Below are positions 27,555 to 35,805 of a stretch of DNA of 64,000 bases, piece after piece. Both the position numbers and the translations under genes were made by a program. This DNA comes from Candidatus Limnocylindrales bacterium. GTDB lineage: Bacteria > Patescibacteriota > Microgenomatia > Levybacterales > UBA12049. The stretch spans positions 11,292 through 75,291 of the forward strand of contig DATLDE010000018.1 in NCBI GenBank assembly GCA_035526025.1. Reading direction: 5' to 3'. The notes under the pieces are model-generated. The model made no database searches, was not told the origin of the DNA, and worked only from the letters and a program-made list of their open reading frames with translations. Position 1 is the stretch's first letter, and each line of letters begins with the position of its first letter.

Positions 27555-28094
27555 TTATGGTGCAGGTATTTTTCTAAGAGTACCATCAGTTAGCTTGTTC
27601 ACAACATCTTTTGCAAAAAAGTTAACAATTTCAAGTCTTGGCTTTGCCAATCTCTCGCTACTTACAAGTAAATTGCTTCCTGAGAGTTCATTTCTCACAA
27701 CTCGCGGCGCCAATGCCAACTTTAATTGTTTTACTGCCTCTAATTCAGCTCTTTCAACAGGCGTGTCTATATCAAGATATGCCTGCCTTACAGAATTGTG
27801 AAATCCAATGTATGTAGGATAAACCGTTTTTTCATTTTCGGATATTTCTGTTGGATTTTTATCCAGTTCAAATGCCAAGCTTAGTGTTTCTGCTGGTGAG
27901 GCCACGACAAGTCTTGAAACTCCGGGAATTACCATATGAACTAAATGGCTTCTTAGTCTACCTTCCTCACTTGAAATTTTAGATTCCTTACTAGTTATCA
28001 AGTCTGTAGTAAATTCACCTGCATAACTCCTTATTGAAGCTTCAACATAATCTAGTTCTAAAAGCGGATCAAGTAATTTTTTTGTTTCTGTCAT
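27555..28094 (-). CDS. hypothetical protein (possibly 5' part of a disrupted gene)
   Basis: 179 aa, GC-richer than the genome, no motif. Confidence 0.4.
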   Translation of the reverse strand: MTETKKLLDPLLELDYVEASIRSYAGEFTTDLITSKESKISSEEGRLRSHLVHMVIPGVSRLVVASPAETLSLAFELDKNPTEISENEKTVYPTYIGFHNSVRQAYLDIDTPVERAELEAVKQLKLALAPRVVRNELSGSNLLVSSERLAKPRLEIVNFFAKDVVNKLTDGTLRKIPAP

Positions 28095-28189
28095 GATTTA
28101 AAATATTCATTAGCTATAAAATAAGTTTTTCTATGCTTAAGTGAATCTTAATATTAAATAGTCATTTTGTTGCATAAATTATATATTGT

Positions 28190-28717
28190 CTATGCTTCAC
28201 GTGGTAAAAATCTACTGTTCACGGCTTCTTGGAGCATTGTGAAGTGTGGATTTTGGATAATAGAATCAAAACTTGACGGATCATCAGGTTGTGCTTCAGG
28301 ATTAAATCCCAGAGCCATTGAACCGTATTTTCTGGCGATTTTGCCACTCAACCTTCTTCGCAATTCCTTATTCACTGAATCATCTAATGCTTGCCCGCTA
28401 GTGCCTATAAGCTCCTGACTCATTCTAAAAGAACTTACTTCATGGAAAATACCACCATATACCGATCTATCTCTATCTAAGTATTCATCATTATTTTGAT
28501 TCCGTTCAATGGTCATTGCGCGCTCAAATATATCTATATTATTACCGCTTTCAACAATAGACAGAATTTTTACTGCGGCATTCTTAAAACTCATAGGCAA
28601 ATCCGGCGTAGTTGACTCTACATGTTCTCTCAGCTCGATCGTCTCCTCGCTACCTGGGAATAACAAATCGATATATTGGAGTGCGTCTTGTAATCTTTCT
28701 GATGCATTTGCCGCCAT
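28190..28717 (-). CDS. hypothetical protein
   Basis: 175 aa, GC-richer, no motif. Confidence 0.4.
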   Translation of the reverse strand: MAANASERLQDALQYIDLLFPGSEETIELREHVESTTPDLPMSFKNAAVKILSIVESGNNIDIFERAMTIERNQNNDEYLDRDRSVYGGIFHEVSSFRMSQELIGTSGQALDDSVNKELRRRLSGKIARKYGSMALGFNPEAQPDDPSSFDSIIQNPHFTMLQEAVNSRFLPREA

Positions 28718-28808
28718 ATGAGGTATTATAGTATATTTATCCAGCCTTGTCTATGGTAAGTGGTGGCTGACTTACATATCAAATTTTGGTAGAATAGATA
28801 AGTTAATC

Positions 28809-28880
28809 GGGCCGCTAGCTCAATGGTAGAGCAGTACCCTCTTAAGGTATTTGTTCCGGGTTCGAGTCCCGGGCGGCTCA
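28809..28880 (+). tRNA. tRNA-Lys (anticodon CTT)
   Basis: Anticodon loop CTCTTAA, T-arm CCGGG-TTCGAGT-CCCGG. Confidence 0.8.
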
Positions 28881-28953
28881 CAAATAATTAAAATATTATA
28901 CTTAAATTCTTTTTATATTTTATGAGAGGAAAGTGTAGCAATTGCCAAGGAGA

Positions 28954-30675
28954 TTAGCTTCTTACGAGTAATTTTTGTGCTTTATTGAATTTCCTTTGCT
29001 CATTCTCAAACCATTTTTGATCCTCTGCCATTGCTTTTGCTATTTTTTTATCAAATTTATCATTTGTTTTTCTTTCTACTTTAGCTTTTGCACGTCTCTC
29101 GGTTTCCATATCTTGTCGTGCTTCGTCGATTATGCGAGCATCTTTTCTTGCTTGTCTTGCTTCTTTACTAAACGTCCTACTTGCTCCGACTGCAACTAAT
29201 GCAGCACCTACAGCAACCACGCCTCCTCCTGCTCCAGCAAGTGGGAGGAGATAATCACCTGCGCCTGTTCTCGCAAGATACATATCTGGCACACCTACCG
29301 TAGCAACTACTGGTGCTTGATAAACAACAACTACTGCGGGCGCTGTGGTGGGGGTTACAATTATCTCAGGCGCAGGGGGAGGAGTCACCACTTCTGGTAC
29401 TGTTACTGGTGGTACTGTTACTGGTGGAATAGTTGTGTCAGGAGTTGTTGTAGGTACTGTTGTCACTGGTGGTTTAGTTGTTGGAGTGGTAGTCGTGGTT
29501 GGTTTTTCATCATCTGGAGGACAAGTAGTAGTGGTAGTAGCCATTTTTTCTTCATCTTTCTTATCATCTTTCTTGTCTTTACCTTTATCTCCTTTTTCTA
29601 TAACCTTTCCATTTGCATCCTCCACTGTGGTCTCATCTCCATCACCACCGAGTGCTTTATCAATAGGTACATATACTTTATCATGCAAAATAGGACCGAC
29701 TACTGGCTTTAGCGATTCTGGCGTATTGTCATAAGCAATCTGTCCTGCATCAGTTACTACTTTAATCGCCGCAGGCCTAACGCTATCTAACGCATTGTCG
29801 ATAATTTGTGCATTTGGACTAGTGCTAGGCACTACAGCTGGAGATACTGCTACTTCAGGTGTAGCTTTTGCTACAGGTGCTAATTGTCTAGCTTCAGGAT
29901 GCAGAACTGCAACTGTTTGCGCTGCACGGCCTCCATCTGATGAGACTGCAGGCTGTTGCGCAATTACGGGCTCAGGTGTTGCAGCTGATCCTCTTGAACT
30001 ACTGATATCCTTACCGGATACTGCTGTCGCTTGTGCTAGAGCAGCATCAATTGCAGAACTAGCTGATGTTGCTGGTGCTTCAGCTGCAGCAGCTGATGTT
30101 GCGCCTGCTACTAATCCTACGAATAGAAGTGCTCCGCCTTCAGAAACTTTTACAACGGTCTTAAAATTTCTTCTTTTTGCTACTTCATCTGCCTGATCTG
30201 CTTCATTTTGTGCGTTTAATTTTTCAGCTCTTTTTCGAAGCTTGCTCTTTTCTGATAGTACTTTTCCTTCTAGTAACTTTTTGGCTTCTGGATGCGCATC
30301 AAAATATTTACCAGTTAATTTTGAAGAATCGATCTGGCCATTTTCCCCAACATGTTCAGGACGAAGTACTCTATTTCTCACCATTGCACCGATTTTTCCA
30401 TTCTCTGATCTCTTTTGTGCTTTTAACTGCTCAGGAGTTTGAGTTGGCTTTTCTTTTCTGAGTAACTGAAATCTTCTTGCGGGACTTGCTTCTGTAACTG
30501 GAGTTACAAATAATTCTCTTCGGTGAGTGCCTCCTAAACGGTGGAACAAACTTGGGGTATGTGCTTCAGGTGCTCCATGAACTGCATCAGTGCTTCTGGA
30601 TTTTCGTCCATGCATTTCAGGCGCTTGGAGTGGACCTCGATCTTTATTTGAAATTTTTCTTAATGCTTCTCTCAT
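28954..30675 (-). CDS. cell-surface protein: charged N-terminal region, TM, extracellular domain, Pro/Thr-rich linker, LARTG sorting motif, TM, long charged cytoplasmic tail
   Basis: Sequence TTTTTCPPDDEKPTTTTTPTTKPPVTTVP...DMYLARTGAGDYLLPLAGAGGGVVAVGAALVAVGASRTFSK. GC-richer than the genome. Confidence 0.55.
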   Translation of the reverse strand: MREALRKISNKDRGPLQAPEMHGRKSRSTDAVHGAPEAHTPSLFHRLGGTHRRELFVTPVTEASPARRFQLLRKEKPTQTPEQLKAQKRSENGKIGAMVRNRVLRPEHVGENGQIDSSKLTGKYFDAHPEAKKLLEGKVLSEKSKLRKRAEKLNAQNEADQADEVAKRRNFKTVVKVSEGGALLFVGLVAGATSAAAAEAPATSASSAIDAALAQATAVSGKDISSSRGSAATPEPVIAQQPAVSSDGGRAAQTVAVLHPEARQLAPVAKATPEVAVSPAVVPSTSPNAQIIDNALDSVRPAAIKVVTDAGQIAYDNTPESLKPVVGPILHDKVYVPIDKALGGDGDETTVEDANGKVIEKGDKGKDKKDDKKDEEKMATTTTTCPPDDEKPTTTTTPTTKPPVTTVPTTTPDTTIPPVTVPPVTVPEVVTPPPAPEIIVTPTTAPAVVVVYQAPVVATVGVPDMYLARTGAGDYLLPLAGAGGGVVAVGAALVAVGASRTFSKEARQARKDARIIDEARQDMETERRAKAKVERKTNDKFDKKIAKAMAEDQKWFENEQRKFNKAQKLLVRS

Positions 30676-30821
30676 GTTTATAATTTTTGTTTCGAAATTA
30701 AATTTTTTGTTTTGTCAGTAACGTAAAACATTTCGAGGTAATGTTGGCATTATACACTACATCTTATATAAGTCAAGTAGGAAAAGTGTAAGAGAGTGGA
30801 TTTAGCAATCCAAATAGGATT

Positions 30822-31271
30822 TTAGGCAGGTTTTTCGTATTTCAAATCGCGGTCTATAGTAGTCGCAGGATTCTTTTCAGAGAGCAACACAAGACTCCCA
30901 GCAATCAAAACAAGATTTTTCAATACACTTTCCCCAACTATAGAAAGTACTGGAAATCTCGGATCAAATCCATGAATGATAAGTAATAAAACTGTAGAAA
31001 TTGAAAGGTAAATAACTGTAACCAAAGATGCCAGCCTATCCATTTTATTGATCAAAAATGATATACCAATCCATATTTCAGTAAGCGCTACCAAAAATCC
31101 AAACATCACTGATTGTCCCAGAACTGGCGGTACCGAGCTTTGTAGAATTCCAAGCGAGGAACTAACTGCAAATAGCTTTAAGACTCCAAACCAAAGCATG
31201 CAGATCCCGAGTGATACACGAAGAATTGACAATGATTTTCTACTAATTATATCCACGTTCATATTATACAC
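30822..31271 (-). CDS. DoxX-like membrane protein
   Basis: 4-TM protein of 149 aa with LRVSLGICMLWFGVLKL typical of the DoxX/DUF417 families. Confidence 0.5.
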   Translation of the reverse strand: MYNMNVDIISRKSLSILRVSLGICMLWFGVLKLFAVSSSLGILQSSVPPVLGQSVMFGFLVALTEIWIGISFLINKMDRLASLVTVIYLSISTVLLLIIHGFDPRFPVLSIVGESVLKNLVLIAGSLVLLSEKNPATTIDRDLKYEKPA

Positions 31272-31285
31272 TTATTTTTGCCGCA

Positions 31286-31837
31286 TCAGCGAAGTAGAAC
31301 AGGCACTATTAATGTTTCATCATTCTCTGTAAGTCCTGATGGGTTTGCCTTCTCAAGAATCAACTTCCCTTTTGCGCTGCTACTGGCCACAAATTCTATC
31401 TCTCCACTGAATGGTACAAATTTCTCTGTCATCCACTCCTTATCAGTCGTCATAATTCCCTCTCCTATTATTTCCCCCTTCTCTCCAAGTAGTTTGGCCG
31501 TAAATTGTGCTTCAAAAAACCAATTGCCTCTTGCTTCACCAGTTATTTTTAGAGGGCTAACAATTTTTTCAACAGGTCTTGGAGAAATGATTTTGATTTT
31601 GTCATTTAATGTATTTTCATTTCCTATATTTTGCGTGATGAGCTTGCCCTCTTTGGTCCGGCATGACGGTGGATAGCTTTCAAGAACAGGATTGCCTTCT
31701 TTAACACATTCATCAAATGTGCCAGCAGCTTTGACTTCTTTATCATCAACTGTCGAACCATCAGGATTTGGTTGAAGTCTCCAAGCGATAATGAGAGCTA
31801 ATATAATAACAGCAGATAATAATATAAGTTTTTTCAT
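31286..31837 (-). CDS. secreted Gmad2-like immunoglobulin-like domain protein
   Basis: Signal/TM anchor. C-terminal ITGEARGNWFFEAQFTAKLLGEKGEIIGEG resembles the Gmad2 domain. Confidence 0.45.
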   Translation of the reverse strand: MKKLILLSAVIILALIIAWRLQPNPDGSTVDDKEVKAAGTFDECVKEGNPVLESYPPSCRTKEGKLITQNIGNENTLNDKIKIISPRPVEKIVSPLKITGEARGNWFFEAQFTAKLLGEKGEIIGEGIMTTDKEWMTEKFVPFSGEIEFVASSSAKGKLILEKANPSGLTENDETLIVPVLLR

Positions 31838-31960
31838 ACTTCGATTAACTCAGTATGATCTCTTCGAGCCTGAGCCTCAGAGCCGATGGCCTGAGCAATG
31901 CCGAAGGATCATATGCATATTATACACAATAAAATCTTTGGTATTTGACGAATTTGTTAA

Positions 31961-32467
31961 ATGGTGTATTATATAAAAATGATAAAAGATATTCTTATAA
32001 TGATAGTAATAGGTATTATTTTCCTAGGCACTGTTTTATTTTTCTCACTAAGAGTCAGTAGCAAACCAAACATCGGCACGTCAAACACATCAACACCTGA
32101 AACAGCCAATACCGCGGATGCTCCTCAAGTAGAAGTAAAAATCCCTGACAATTTAAAAATCGACGATTCAGTTGAGGGTACAGGACCAGCCGTAAAATCA
32201 GGTGATACCATCACTATTCACTATGCAGGAAGGCTTGAGGATGGTACGCCATTTGACAGTTCATATGATAGAGGCGAGCCATTTACCACCCAGATAGGTG
32301 TCGGACAAGTTATAAAAGGATGGGATCTGGGAGTAGTTGGTATGAAAGTAGGCGGAAAACGAAAACTTACTATCCCACCAGATCTAGGCTATGGAGATCA
32401 GGATCAAGGCAAAATTCCCCCAAACTCCACACTCATTTTTGATGTTGAGCTGATGGAAATAAAATAG
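31961..32467 (+). CDS. FKBP-type peptidyl-prolyl cis-trans isomerase, membrane-anchored
   Basis: N-terminal TM. FKBP core GDTITIHYAGRLEDGTPFDSSYDRGEPF...VIKGWDLGVVGMKVGGKRKLTIPPDLGYG. Confidence 0.85.
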   Translation: MVYYIKMIKDILIMIVIGIIFLGTVLFFSLRVSSKPNIGTSNTSTPETANTADAPQVEVKIPDNLKIDDSVEGTGPAVKSGDTITIHYAGRLEDGTPFDSSYDRGEPFTTQIGVGQVIKGWDLGVVGMKVGGKRKLTIPPDLGYGDQDQGKIPPNSTLIFDVELMEIK

Positions 32468-32509
32468 AACATGTTTTTTTGCATATATAAAATTAGCTAA
32501 ATTTTTTTT

Positions 32510-32713
32510 ATGTCACAAGGTGAAACATTCATTACCATTCTCCTCGCTGTCATCGCGTACTTTCTATACCTAATAACCAAACAGTTGTCGTACCTGAGTG
32601 GAAAAAGAATTAGATTTGGCTTTAAGTTACCCGAATTCCAAGCAAAAAGGTATAAAAGTGATCATTCGACAGGAACATTGCAGCCTAAAAAAGAACCCAA
32701 ACTCCCCAACTAA
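32510..32713 (+). CDS. small membrane protein, hypothetical
   Basis: 67 aa with one TM. Confidence 0.3.
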   Translation: MSQGETFITILLAVIAYFLYLITKQLSYLSGKRIRFGFKLPEFQAKRYKSDHSTGTLQPKKEPKLPN

Positions 32714-32830
32714 TTTCATCCAAACTTCCTACTTCCCAAATCCCCAATTTTGGGAGTAAAATATTAAATAGGTACTTGATCAAAATTTAGCACTGGACAT
32801 TTATAAAATCTTATAGTATAATTACCCATC

Positions 32831-32989
32831 ATGATTGATTACGACGAACTAAACGACCGAGAAAAATCAGTGGATTACCCTGAAGAATTTATCGAAGAAC
32901 TTCGAGCAGAATTTCGCTCAGGTGATACACATGAAGCGCTTGCGCGTGCTGAAAAACAGAATATCGACATACAGCAAATCATTGAGTAA
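32831..32989 (+). CDS. small acidic hypothetical protein (52 aa, not in ORF track)
   Basis: ATG-initiated ORF MIDYDELNDREKSVDYPEEF... found by eye. Below the track's 60 aa cutoff. Confidence 0.25.
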   Translation: MIDYDELNDREKSVDYPEEFIEELRAEFRSGDTHEALARAEKQNIDIQQIIE

Positions 32990-32994
32990 CTTCT

Positions 32995-33210
32995 TTAGTT
33001 ATTTATTATTACATCCTCGTCATCATCTGTTTTATCTACTACTGTTGTTTCTGTAATTTTTTCGACGAATGGCTGTCCTTTCATAGTGCAGACATCTGCG
33101 CCGCAAGCTGTAAGCCCGCCATCATACTGTTCCTGAGATATCTCAGCATGACACGAACCAGAACATGCATATGATTTTTTTGTAGTCTGTGTTGTTTGGA
33201 TAATATCCAT
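32995..33210 (-). CDS. small Cys-rich protein (CSGSCH...CGADVC)
   Basis: 71 aa with five Cys. SD-like AAAGGAGGTGA upstream. Confidence 0.35.
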   Translation of the reverse strand: MDIIQTTQTTKKSYACSGSCHAEISQEQYDGGLTACGADVCTMKGQPFVEKITETTVVDKTDDDEDVIINN

Positions 33211-33299
33211 ATCAAATCACCTCCTTTAAAATGACTTTTGTATTACTATTTTTCAGTGTTATCATTGAAGAAATATCTCTAACGAAAAGCAGAATTCTA

Positions 33300-33653
33300 T
33301 TATTTTATTCCTAGAAGTTCTACTTCAAAGATAAGTGTCGCGTCCCCTGGTATATCAGGATCTACTCCATAACGACCATATGCAAGCTCAGGTGGTATAG
33401 TCAATTTTCTAACCCCCCCGACTTTCATGCCAGGAACTCCCATATCCCATCCTTTTATTACATATCCTGCTCCAATTCTTACTTCAAATGGGGCGTCACG
33501 ATCAACAGAACTATCAAATTTGGTACCATCCTCTAGCCATCCAGTGTAGTGAATTGAAACAAGATCATTTTCTTTTGCAACTTGTCCAGTTCCCATTTCA
33601 ATATCTTCGATTTTAAGTTTCTTGGCATCAGCCATAATTATATTATAAAGCAA
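33300..33653 (-). CDS. FKBP-type peptidyl-prolyl cis-trans isomerase (cytoplasmic)
   Basis: FKBP core IHYTGWLEDGTKFDSSVDRDAPFEVRIGAGYVIKGWDMGVPGMKVGGVRKLTIPPELAYG. Confidence 0.85.
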   Translation of the reverse strand: MLYNIIMADAKKLKIEDIEMGTGQVAKENDLVSIHYTGWLEDGTKFDSSVDRDAPFEVRIGAGYVIKGWDMGVPGMKVGGVRKLTIPPELAYGRYGVDPDIPGDATLIFEVELLGIK

Positions 33654-33699
33654 TAGCTTTAATTTGGTGGTAAGAATTGTGTAAGCTCAAATAATAGTT

Positions 33700-34683
33700 T
33701 TACTTGTCATCCATCTCGTCATGCATAAAATCAGTTATTGCAGGGAGACTAGCAGCAAAAGGAAGTGCCAAGAATGCTCCAACAATTCCAAATAACGAAC
33801 TGCCTATCAGTACAGCCAAAAATCCAAGAGCGGGTGACAGCTTAAGTGCTTTATTGTAAATCGCAGGCGCTATTACAGTCCCTTCCAATTGTTGATAAAT
33901 GAGATAGAGTGCGAGTGTCAAAAATCCGGTAAGAGGAGAAACAGAAAATGCCAAGATCACAGCAGGAATTGCACCAATAGAGGAGCCCACAAGTGGCAAT
34001 AGATCAAATATTGCTGTGAAAATAGCCAACGGCATAGCATATGGGACTTGCAAAATCAGAAGGCCTGTATAAATTATCACACCGCAGATGAGTGAAATTA
34101 GCAAATTTCCTCTTATGTATTGACCGTTGATTTCTCCCAATTTTATTAATAAGCTTTTTACCCTTGCCCGAGTTGACCTATCAAACAATGAAAGAAATAT
34201 AGATGTTAAACGCTCTGAATCAACCAGCAAAAAAAATGTCAATACAAATATAGCAATTGCCGAGCTAATGATATGTGTAATTAATCCTGTTGATTCAAGA
34301 ATATATTTCCCTCCCCTTTCAACATACTGATTGAAGTCAATATTTCGAAGTGACTCAGGAAGAAATAATGAATCGTTTAACAACGAATTCACCTTCTTCA
34401 ACAAGTCAGGAAATTCTGAAATCAAACTTGGGAGCGCTGTTGCTCCGATTAAGAAAAAAGGCAGCACAAGTAAAAGCACAACAAGAAGCGCTGAAATACC
34501 TAAAGGCAATTTTTGATTCACTTTCTTAACGACAGGAAATAATGCAGTCGCAAGCATTATGGAAATAAGAATAACCAGAAGAATACCCGAAGCTTTCCAA
34601 ATAAGATATACGGCGACTAAAGAAACTACTATCCTTATTATTGCTCCAAAACTAAATGGATGCTCCTGAAACTTTACAATCAT
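33700..34683 (-). CDS. AI-2E family transporter (second paralog)
   Basis: 327 aa polytopic protein with the same architecture as 9675-10664. Confidence 0.8.
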   Translation of the reverse strand: MIVKFQEHPFSFGAIIRIVVSLVAVYLIWKASGILLVILISIMLATALFPVVKKVNQKLPLGISALLVVLLLVLPFFLIGATALPSLISEFPDLLKKVNSLLNDSLFLPESLRNIDFNQYVERGGKYILESTGLITHIISSAIAIFVLTFFLLVDSERLTSIFLSLFDRSTRARVKSLLIKLGEINGQYIRGNLLISLICGVIIYTGLLILQVPYAMPLAIFTAIFDLLPLVGSSIGAIPAVILAFSVSPLTGFLTLALYLIYQQLEGTVIAPAIYNKALKLSPALGFLAVLIGSSLFGIVGAFLALPFAASLPAITDFMHDEMDDK

Positions 34684-34731
34684 AACTGCATTATAAACTA
34701 TGGCTACTTATTATAAAAGAGTTCTGATAAA

Positions 34732-35751
34732 ATGCAGGTTATGCAATATAAATTTCAGCATTCAGTTGTTGGCGGCACTTTTGATAGATTTCATGTTGGG
34801 CACAAAAAACTATTTACTGAAGCTTTCAAATTATCTGATGAAGTTATTATAGGGATTTCAACTTCTAAACTTTATAGTAACAAACCATATTCCCATATTG
34901 TTGAGGACTATCAGGCCCGTAAAACCTTAGTTGAAAACTATCTAAAAAAATATGATTTGTCAGAAAGATCATCAATTGTCCCGATTGATGATATATATGG
35001 GAATACTTTATCAAATGTAAATATTGAAGCAATTTTTGTGACTGACGACACCATAAGTGCAGCTCAAGCTATTAATGCCAAGAGACTTTCATCTGGATTT
35101 GCGGCACTTAAGATTGAAAAAGTTGAATTTGTCCTGGCTGATGACTTGGAAAAAGTATCATCAGAACGTATAAGAAAAGGAGAAATTGACAGAGATGGAA
35201 ATTCATACCATATGCTTTTCTTTGATAAAAAAAGGCTTATTCTTCCTGAAGAATTACGAAGCGATCTTAAAAAACCCTTTGGAAAAGTTATTAAGGATCT
35301 CTCAGAAATTGAGAAATTTATTGATAAAAAAAATATGCTTTTTGCAGTAGGGGACATTATCGTTATGAATTTATATAAAATGAATATAAATCCCGATATA
35401 AGTATAATAGACTATAAAACAAGACGGCATGCTCTTAACGTTGAGGATAAGATGCTACTTGAATCAATATCTAAAAAGGAGAATGTACTTAATGCTGAAA
35501 ATACCCCCGGAACAATTGAAAGACGCGCAGTAGGAATAATCAGAAGAGCCTTTGAGGATTTATCAAAAACAAATCGCCAACAAATGATAATAGTAGATGG
35601 TGAAGAAGATCTGCTGACACTCCCAATTATTGCCTTATCCCCTCTTGACTCAATAGTCCTATATGGCCAACCAGACAAAGGAATAGTTATGGTAAAAGTA
35701 ACTGAAAAAAAGAAAAAAGAAGTAAAATATTTTTTGAGCAAAATGCGCTGA
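34732..35751 (+). CDS. fusion: archaeal/eukaryal-type phosphopantetheine adenylyltransferase-like nucleotidyltransferase + DUF359 (GTP-dependent dephospho-CoA kinase-like)
   Basis: N-terminal GGTFDRFHVGH (HxGH nucleotidyltransferase). C-terminal AVGDIIVMN...DYKTRR resembles the DUF359 core. Confidence 0.5.
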   Translation: MQVMQYKFQHSVVGGTFDRFHVGHKKLFTEAFKLSDEVIIGISTSKLYSNKPYSHIVEDYQARKTLVENYLKKYDLSERSSIVPIDDIYGNTLSNVNIEAIFVTDDTISAAQAINAKRLSSGFAALKIEKVEFVLADDLEKVSSERIRKGEIDRDGNSYHMLFFDKKRLILPEELRSDLKKPFGKVIKDLSEIEKFIDKKNMLFAVGDIIVMNLYKMNINPDISIIDYKTRRHALNVEDKMLLESISKKENVLNAENTPGTIERRAVGIIRRAFEDLSKTNRQQMIIVDGEEDLLTLPIIALSPLDSIVLYGQPDKGIVMVKVTEKKKKEVKYFLSKMR

Positions 35752-35805
35752 TTGATAATCCTAAAAATTTCCTCTATAATAAATGATCGCTGAAATCAGA
35801 CGATT

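Noticed and set aside
27498-27557. Alternative genetic code (stop-codon reassignment) explaining the in-frame TAA/TAG
   Set aside because: Confidently called genes in the window terminate with TAA and TAG (sortase TAA, uvrA TAG, dinB TAA). TGA-recoding lineages reassign TGA, not TAA/TAG. A pseudogene or two genes is the simpler explanation.
29317-30461. Several plus-strand ORFs (131, 129, 133, 94, 66 aa) inside the LARTG gene
   Set aside because: Low-complexity antisense frames (poly-Val/Gly/Thr and Cys/Trp-rich) are generated by the PT-rich and Ala-rich coding repeats on the other strand.
27107-30700. Integrase/att-site evidence for a mobile element at the tRNA-flanked GC-rich segment
   Set aside because: No integrase, recombinase or repeated copy of the tRNA 3' end was found. 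It is reported only as a compositional island, not as a mobile_element feature.
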